Part shown: positions 57,695-64,000 of the stretch, in pieces | Numbering within the stretch: position 1 is the first letter of the stretch | How the letters are laid out: every line of letters starts with the position of its first letter | NCBI GenBank assembly: GCA_964016885.1 | Contig: OZ024741.1 | Location: forward strand, 371,938,001-372,002,000 | Direction: 5' to 3' | DNA from: Eledone cirrhosa | Taxonomy: Eukaryota | Length of the DNA: 64,000 nucleotides | Program-made: the position numbers and the translations under genes | The notes under the pieces: generated by a model | Told to the model about the DNA's origin: nothing | Seen by the model: the letters and a program-made list of their open reading frames with translations, nothing else | Databases searched by the model: none

Positions 57695-59702
57695 TAAATT
57701 TATAAACAAGAGGTATAAGTCAACATCTCATAATTTACTTCTTTCATTACTGTTATATATACTGCAGTGATACCCACAATTCAACAGCTATGACCTCTTC
57801 AGACAGTTAGAAGCAACGCATAGAAAAGATTTTAAAAAAACAAAGTTTTTCTGGGAGAAAATTAAAGTTTTTAACGATTATTTTTACTTTCTGATATTGT
57901 CAATTGTTGATGTTGTTATGTCAACGTCATGGTAACATATCATCACACTGCTTTCATCTATGGTGTTAATATAGTGCATTCCCATTGGTCAGTTTTGTAG
58001 AGTAACAATTTTGATACAATAACTACCATTAGAGGGAGAATTTTATGACAGAATTTAGCGAGTATTATATATTTACATTCACATTACTGGTACTTTATTT
58101 TATCGACCCCGTAAGGATAAAAGGCAAAGTTAACTTCGGCGGGATTTAAACTCAGACTGTAGAGTTACGTCCCCTTACAGTCTGAGTTCAAAACCCGCCG
58201 AGGTTAACTTTGCCTTTCATCCTTACGGGGTCGATAAAATAAAGAACCAGTAATGCACTGGGATAATTGCTGGTCTTGTGCCAAAAGTAGAAACATTTAT
58301 ATATTTACAATCACAAGGAGAGACTATCAATGTGGGGTGTGCAGCATGTCCTAAGATCAAGCTCTGCCAACGCTTTATTTATTATAATATTCATAGTAGT
58401 ACATATATATAACTACCCAAATAAATTATCTCAGTATGTGGAAATGTTGGGATGGGTCCTACCAAAAGGTAAGTATGTCTCTAAGGCACACTATAAAAGA
58501 TTATGCGGGTGTAGTCCGTTAAGGGCCCTACTTGGCATGGTTGCTGACCATATAGCTTGCAGAAAGTACCCTTGCTTTGGTGTCGACAAGCACAAAAGAA
58601 GTCAGCCCTACGATTAATTATCTGCCAGCCACCGCTGAGTATTTCAAGAGTCTCACTCAGACAGAGCCTACAAATGTCAGACCCACACCCGTCAGGGTGT
58701 ACCTCCCTAACCTTTGACCATACCAAAGAATATAGGATATTATCCGACTTGAGCTTCCAAATCAGTTCTGAAAGGGCATTGCTCTTTCGTTTATCTACCC
58801 TATTAAAGGAGTGGCGGTGGTTATACCACCTGTCAACAAAGCTCGTAGATGTTGCACCTACGTACGCAGATATCGCATTATGGGTCTTAACTTTGCACTG
58901 GTATACTATATTTTTCACCAGGAATTCCCTGTTAAGAGGGCACGAAACAGGGTTTTTGCAGTTACAGGATGCGGTTGACACCTTTGTATTCACTGCGTGA
59001 TGTCCCGTGAGTAGGCTGGATCGGTCCGTCTCTGCGACTTGTATCGGGTCCTGGAGAGAATTAGCATTATCCAGGTCTGTCACTAGCCTAATATTCTCCT
59101 CTCCGAGGCTCTGCCGGGTGTCTCTAGAGTTGGTTGGTGCCTGTCTAAAGGTCCTAAGTCTGTTCCTATTACTACTATCTATGTGCAGGGCTAACTGTGC
59201 GTGGTTGAGTATGAGAGCTTCACCGTGTGTCTGTTAAATATATTATGGTACCTGTGGATTCTCGGGAAGCATTTGTCCAGCGCTCTAAAGAACAGGTGGG
59301 CCAGCCTGGTCTACAGACCCACCGAATATGGTGGGTTATACCAGGTTATTCTTCTATGCCTGGTGATGGGTGTGTGGAATGAAGAAGCACTTGGCCGCTG
59401 TAGAATTAGTGTAGCTCTGCAGTCCATATCACAGTCGTAGCCCCTTAGCACGGGTCTTCTACTACATGTTGCTCTTTCTCCTTTTTTAGGGTGATGTAAA
59501 CATTCACCCGTGAGCTCCCTCTGGATTACTCGGCCGTCTACTACAGTCTGTGTACTATATCTGGAGGCACTCTGATTTTTTATGTTTTCTGTGTTGCATC
59601 TAATTGCCTGAAGATGTCATAACTGTTGAATTGTGGCTATCACCGAAATATATATAACGGCAATAAAAACAGCAAATTTTGAAATGTTGACTTACACCTC
59701 TT

Positions 59703-59710
<8 letters not shown>
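57695..59710 (-). mobile_element. Neptune-like PLE fragment with 3' pseudo-LTR (57695-57830) and inverted pseudo-LTR (59575-59710)
   Basis: ORF 58481-59083 CNCKNPVSCPL..IVYQC..YVGAT..DRWYNH..CRLCLSE; TWYNPPYS segment upstream; HHR-like CTGAAGA..GAAA at about 59604-59663 and a decayed copy near 57757-57805. Confidence 0.85.
58082..58297. mobile_element. Nin/Deu-type SINE with 5' inversion (fold-back)
   Basis: 58082-58161 is the reverse complement of 58176-58256. Confidence 0.85.
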
Positions 59711-59744
<34 letters not shown>

Positions 59745-59872
59745 GTGAGGTTTTTTTTACAAAAGGAAAAATAACCGAGGTGTCCTACACAAGTGAAAGT
59801 ATAAGGAAAAAAGATGAAATCGAAAATGCAACTAGAGTCTTTTTTTTTTTAATATATATATTTATTTGGTTC

Positions 59873-59908
59873 CTTTACCGGTTTCGCAGTTCTTCTGCTT
59901 TTCAAAAG
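59873..59908 (-). ncRNA. Minimal type I hammerhead, U3:A8 variant
   Basis: ctt TTGAAAA gcag-aagaa-ctgc GAAA ccgg TA aag. Confidence 0.6.
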
Positions 59909-59938
59909 TAGAGTTGAGATGAAGGGTCTGTGGTTTTT

Positions 59939-60050
<112 letters not shown>

Positions 60051-60129
60051 CTCGTACCTCCAACATGCCCAATACACTTTTTCCAATTACACCCACCCGT
60101 CCCTTCAATCTATCTAATTTCTCATTCTT

Positions 60130-60165
60130 TCTTCTGATGAAGGACTAGCGTCCGAAAAGTTAAGA
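60130..60165 (+). ncRNA. Minimal type I hammerhead in a PLE pseudo-LTR-like repeat
   Basis: tctt CTGATGA aggac-tagc-gtcc GAAA ag TT aaga; the related copy at 8530-8635 (-) has GAAA cg TC aaga. Confidence 0.7.
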
Positions 60166-60271
60166 CCCCCTCCTTGCTATTTCAAGCGTTAACCTAATAT
60201 ATTCCTTCCATATACTGTACCGATTATGTTGTTATTTCTGTTTGCCTTTTAAATATATATATATATATATA

Positions 60272-60870
60272 CTAGCTAAAGTACCCGTCCTTTGGTCGGT
60301 TCAAGTAGCTTTCGATGTAGCTCATTAAACTAAACAAAGTAAATTTGAATACATAGAAGAAAAACGTACTTTATGTAAATATAAAAACCTTAGGCACTAT
60401 TCCAGCGAAGTAATTAATGTGTGAGCTCGGTGTCATCCGTTATCCCATGTAACAACAGAAATCCAGTCTAGGTATAAATTTGTTTGACAACAGTAAAACC
60501 TTTTGTTTCAAGTACAAAGAGTAAAGTAAAATCCGAATGAGCCGAATTGTAATAATCAAAATCCCAAAACAAAATGTTTGACAACATCAAAAATGAGTTC
60601 CTATTGTATTGACGAAAGATAACTCTTATCTTACTTAATCACGAAAATTGACACAAATAACCGAAATTTTTTTAATGTCTCAAAGGCCCCAATATCGATT
60701 TTTGAAAGCCTTTATAGATCATGTACATGTTTTGTGCAAGGAGAAGCTCTGTAAAAAATTTCAAAGAAATCGCATGAATGGTTTAGAATATATGAACCCT
60801 CATTAAAAATTGTCCACACACACACACACATACACACACAGAAAACTTCAGCTTTATATATATATAGATA
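60272..60870 (-). mobile_element. Helitron-like non-autonomous element, same family as 32145-32693
   Basis: ctagctaaagtacccgtcctttgg end and shared internal sequence. Confidence 0.75.
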
Positions 60871-60924
60871 TATATACACACACAGCCACAGATAAAAAAA
60901 TAAAAATAAATATATATATATGAA

Positions 60925-61622
60925 TAGTATTTTTCTTCAAGCATAGCTTTATACAAATATGTATAGAAATTTCGTATTTCTAAAGAAACACGGTTTTAGG
61001 AAGCCATAGCTATGCAAACACCGGGGATAACACCCTCTCGTGGTGTCCAGCAGAAGCATGGGGGACAACCGTCTATGCATTTCAGGCTTGACTGGCCTTC
61101 GTCAGGACGGTCCCTTCCACTGCTTGCTACTGATGGACTTGAAAACAGTCGTGAATATATAGTTTTCTTGTCTGTATAAATGAGATGATTAATCTCATTT
61201 GCATATGAAGCTGCATAAGTTGGCTCAACTTATAATAAAAAAGAAATAGGATTTCGCGTCAAGCATAGCGTTATACAAATATGTATAGGAATTTCCTATT
61301 TCTAAAGAAGCATGGTTTTAGTAAGCCATAGCTATGCAAACACCGAGGCTAACGCCCTCTGGTCATTATTCTATTATAAGTTGAGCCAACTTATGCAGCT
61401 TCATATGCAAATGAGATTAATCACCTCATTTACACAGACGAGAAAACTATATATTCTCGACTGTTTTCAAGTCCAGCAGTAGAAAGTGGTGGGAGGGACC
61501 ATTCTGACGAAAGCCAGTCAAGCTTGAAATGCATAGACGGTTGTCCCCCTTGCTTCTGCTGGACACCACCAGAGGGCGTTAGCTCAGGTGTTTGCATAGC
61601 TACGGCTTCCTAAAACCGTGAT
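60925..61622. repeat. 322-bp tandem HHR unit plus inverted copy (family F); HHRs 61068-61111 (-) and 61498-61541 (+)
   Basis: accgtc CTGACGA aggc-cagtcaa-gcct GAAA tgca TA gacggt; aagcatagc at 60939 and 61261. Confidence 0.85.
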
Positions 61623-62021
61623 TCTTTAGAAATACGAAATTTATATATATATATATACAGATGAAAGTTCAGATTATCGAATCTCTGGCTGCAGCTAAGC
61701 TAACGAATGCAATCGAAATGTGTAGCTAAGCACTCAATAAGGTATTTTACCTTAGAGTAATAACATTACGTTTAAGCAGCTTTTCAAATTGAAGATTGTG
61801 TCCAGCAAGCCAGTCGCAGGGACTATATATATATATATATATAATTCAAGAAAGAAGATTGACACGGTTCGCTATACAATAAGGGCTTTATTCACATTGC
61901 TGACAATTGTTTCTTTGATCTGGCAGGTCTAGAGTTCGCTATACGCCTGATTTTACGCCAACCAATATATATATGGGAGATGGGACTTTCCGTCTTTCCG
62001 TTGTTAATTATATATATATAT

Positions 62022-62292
62022 TAAAGTCAGCTCGAAAGTAGCACAGAGGAGACTGAGGTTAGCTGGACATGCTCTCCGACATCCAGAGTTGACACTGCAC
62101 TCAGTGCTCCTGTGGGAGTCTCTGCATGGACACACTAGAAGATGGAGACCGAGGTTGACATATGTTGATGCCCTAAGGACAGACACGGATCTCTTGGAGA
62201 CGTAGAACATGGCAGCGATGATGAGGGACAGAGACTACTGGAGAGAACTCGTCCATGGATCTCGGGAATTTTACCCGCCCTAGATAGATAGG
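62022..62292 (+). mobile_element. RTE LINE 3' fragment with (TAGA)n tail
   Basis: High identity to 3115-3372. Confidence 0.9.
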
Positions 62293-62634
62293 TATATAGT
62301 AAAGCAACGAAATAACGTACCTCCAGAAATCGACTGATGAGTAGGGACTATTTGTTTTTCTGTTTCGCCCATATTTTAAATATACATATATATTTATAAA
62401 AATGTACACCCTCGAACATATACACATACAATGCGTTTTTTATATCACCCATGTTGTTATCGGAGCCGCTTAATCAATATTACCTATCTCTATACTCATT
62501 CAATATTTCCCCATGCATTGAGTACTCCCATGATTAGTAGTCTCCTCGGTCTCAATATATATATTATAAAGAAGAAAGGCGATTCTTTATAATATTGACA
62601 TTCCATCTGATACCTTATAGCTAATACCTTAAGG

Positions 62635-64000
62635 CAGTGGTCGCCAACCTTTCTAAAACCGAGGAACCCTCTAAATATTTTGAATTCTTCACGGAACCTA
62701 TACAAAACTTTTCAAAAAAAAATAATAAAGTATTTATTTATTTTAGTGTTTCATGCGTGTGTATGTAATCGAACACAATTAACTAGTGGCTTTTCTGCTG
62801 CTGCGCCTCATCAGTGAGTTTAGAAAATCGAGGTTCAACACTAGTTAATGCCAGTCTCATACACTCGTCAATTGCTGACAATTTTTTCATCTTCTTTGTG
62901 CTGATTTCTACCAACTGCGAAAACCCTTTTTCGCACAAGTAGCTAGATGGGAATAAAGTCAAATATTTCAATGCAAGTTGGCTGATTTCATTAAACTACC
63001 CAATCAAGAATAAGTCGATCCATAGTTCTTTCTTTCTGCTTTCGAATATCACTTTCAGGTCTTCGTTTGAATTCAAATCCATCAACTGATGTAAGCACTG
63101 TGCAGGTAGTACATTTTTACAATTTCCAGCGTCATTTTCTGACACTAACTGCTCGATCTCGGTGAACGGGTTTTTTATCCATAAATTTCCGCTAACAATA
63201 TCTTTTTCCATCAAGTCAAAATAATCTGAAAAACTTGTGGAAAGCACATTTAAATGAGAAAGAATAATCTTCTTTAGATTGCTGGAGTCAAAATCTTCTC
63301 TCTTTTTAAGCTCTATTTCAAGGTTTGAAAGTAATGAGTAATTGTCCGATTCAATTCTTTTTATAAAGATGTTTAATTTTGATTGAAAATACGTAATAAA
63401 ATTGATGGAAGTAAAAATATCTGCATTGTTACCCTGAAGACACTTATTTAGTTTGTTCAGTTCACCAAAAATGTCTACTAAATAAGCGAGTTGCACATTC
63501 CATTCATTGGTTTCTAATACACTTGCTCTTTCATCATTCTGTTTTTTTAGAAAAACTATTATTTCTTCTCTCAGTTCAAAATCTCTCTTCATAGCATCCC
63601 CAAAAGACAGCCAACACACATCATTGTTCAATAACAATCTATTATAATTACTTCCAGAAGATTCACAAATAGATTCAAACATTCTAGAATTTTTTGCTCT
63701 TGCATGGATCAAATTGATAATTTTGACAATGTCTTTCAGCTGGTCATTTAATATTTGAGCATCTCTGTCTTTGAATTCTTTTGAACACAAAACCTCTCGA
63801 TGAATCATACAATGATTTGAAATACAATTTGGGGTCTGTTCTTTAATTTTGCAATCAAACCAGAATTTTTACCAGTCATTGCAGCTGCTCCATCTGTTGT
63901 TATTGAAGTCAACTTGCTCCAAGATACACCATTTTTTTAAAAATACTCTTCAATTTTATTGAATATGTCTTGACCTTTAGTTGTGAATATAGAGTTGTGA
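62635..64000 (-). mobile_element. hAT (Buster/Charlie, ZBED5/SCAND3-like) transposon 3' part, degraded; runs off the window
   Basis: TTDGAAAMTG, HCMIHRE.L, V.WLS.G, LAYLVDIF..LN.LN..LQG, FPSSYLCEKGFS; TIR cagtggtcgccaacc preceded by the 8-mer ccttaagg. Confidence 0.9.

Overview
Eukaryotic, AT-rich, repeat-dominated animal DNA; the (TA)n load, Nin/Deu-type SINEs and TE mix suggest an octopus or other mollusc (inference). Only one host gene is convincing: a single-exon class A GPCR at 36263-37345. The rest is mobile DNA, much of it inserted into (TA)n tracts: a 5'-inverted RTE LINE, an R4/Dong-like RLE LINE, several Penelope-like (GIY-YIG) fragments, Helitrons and Helitron-like non-autonomous elements, hAT and Tigger remnants, and SINEs. 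The main signal missed by the ORF track is RNA. Reading both strands by eye gives more than 20 type I hammerhead ribozyme (HHR) motifs from roughly 15 sequence families, most with a palindromic stem III. Five non-coding families occur as head-to-tail HHR-bounded units of about 315, 322, 430, 525 and 593 bp (retrozyme-like, predicted to give circular RNAs). Two families carry a U3:A8 core variant, several have long stem II insertions, and many copies are fold-back inversions. All folding was done by eye and coordinates are hand-counted.
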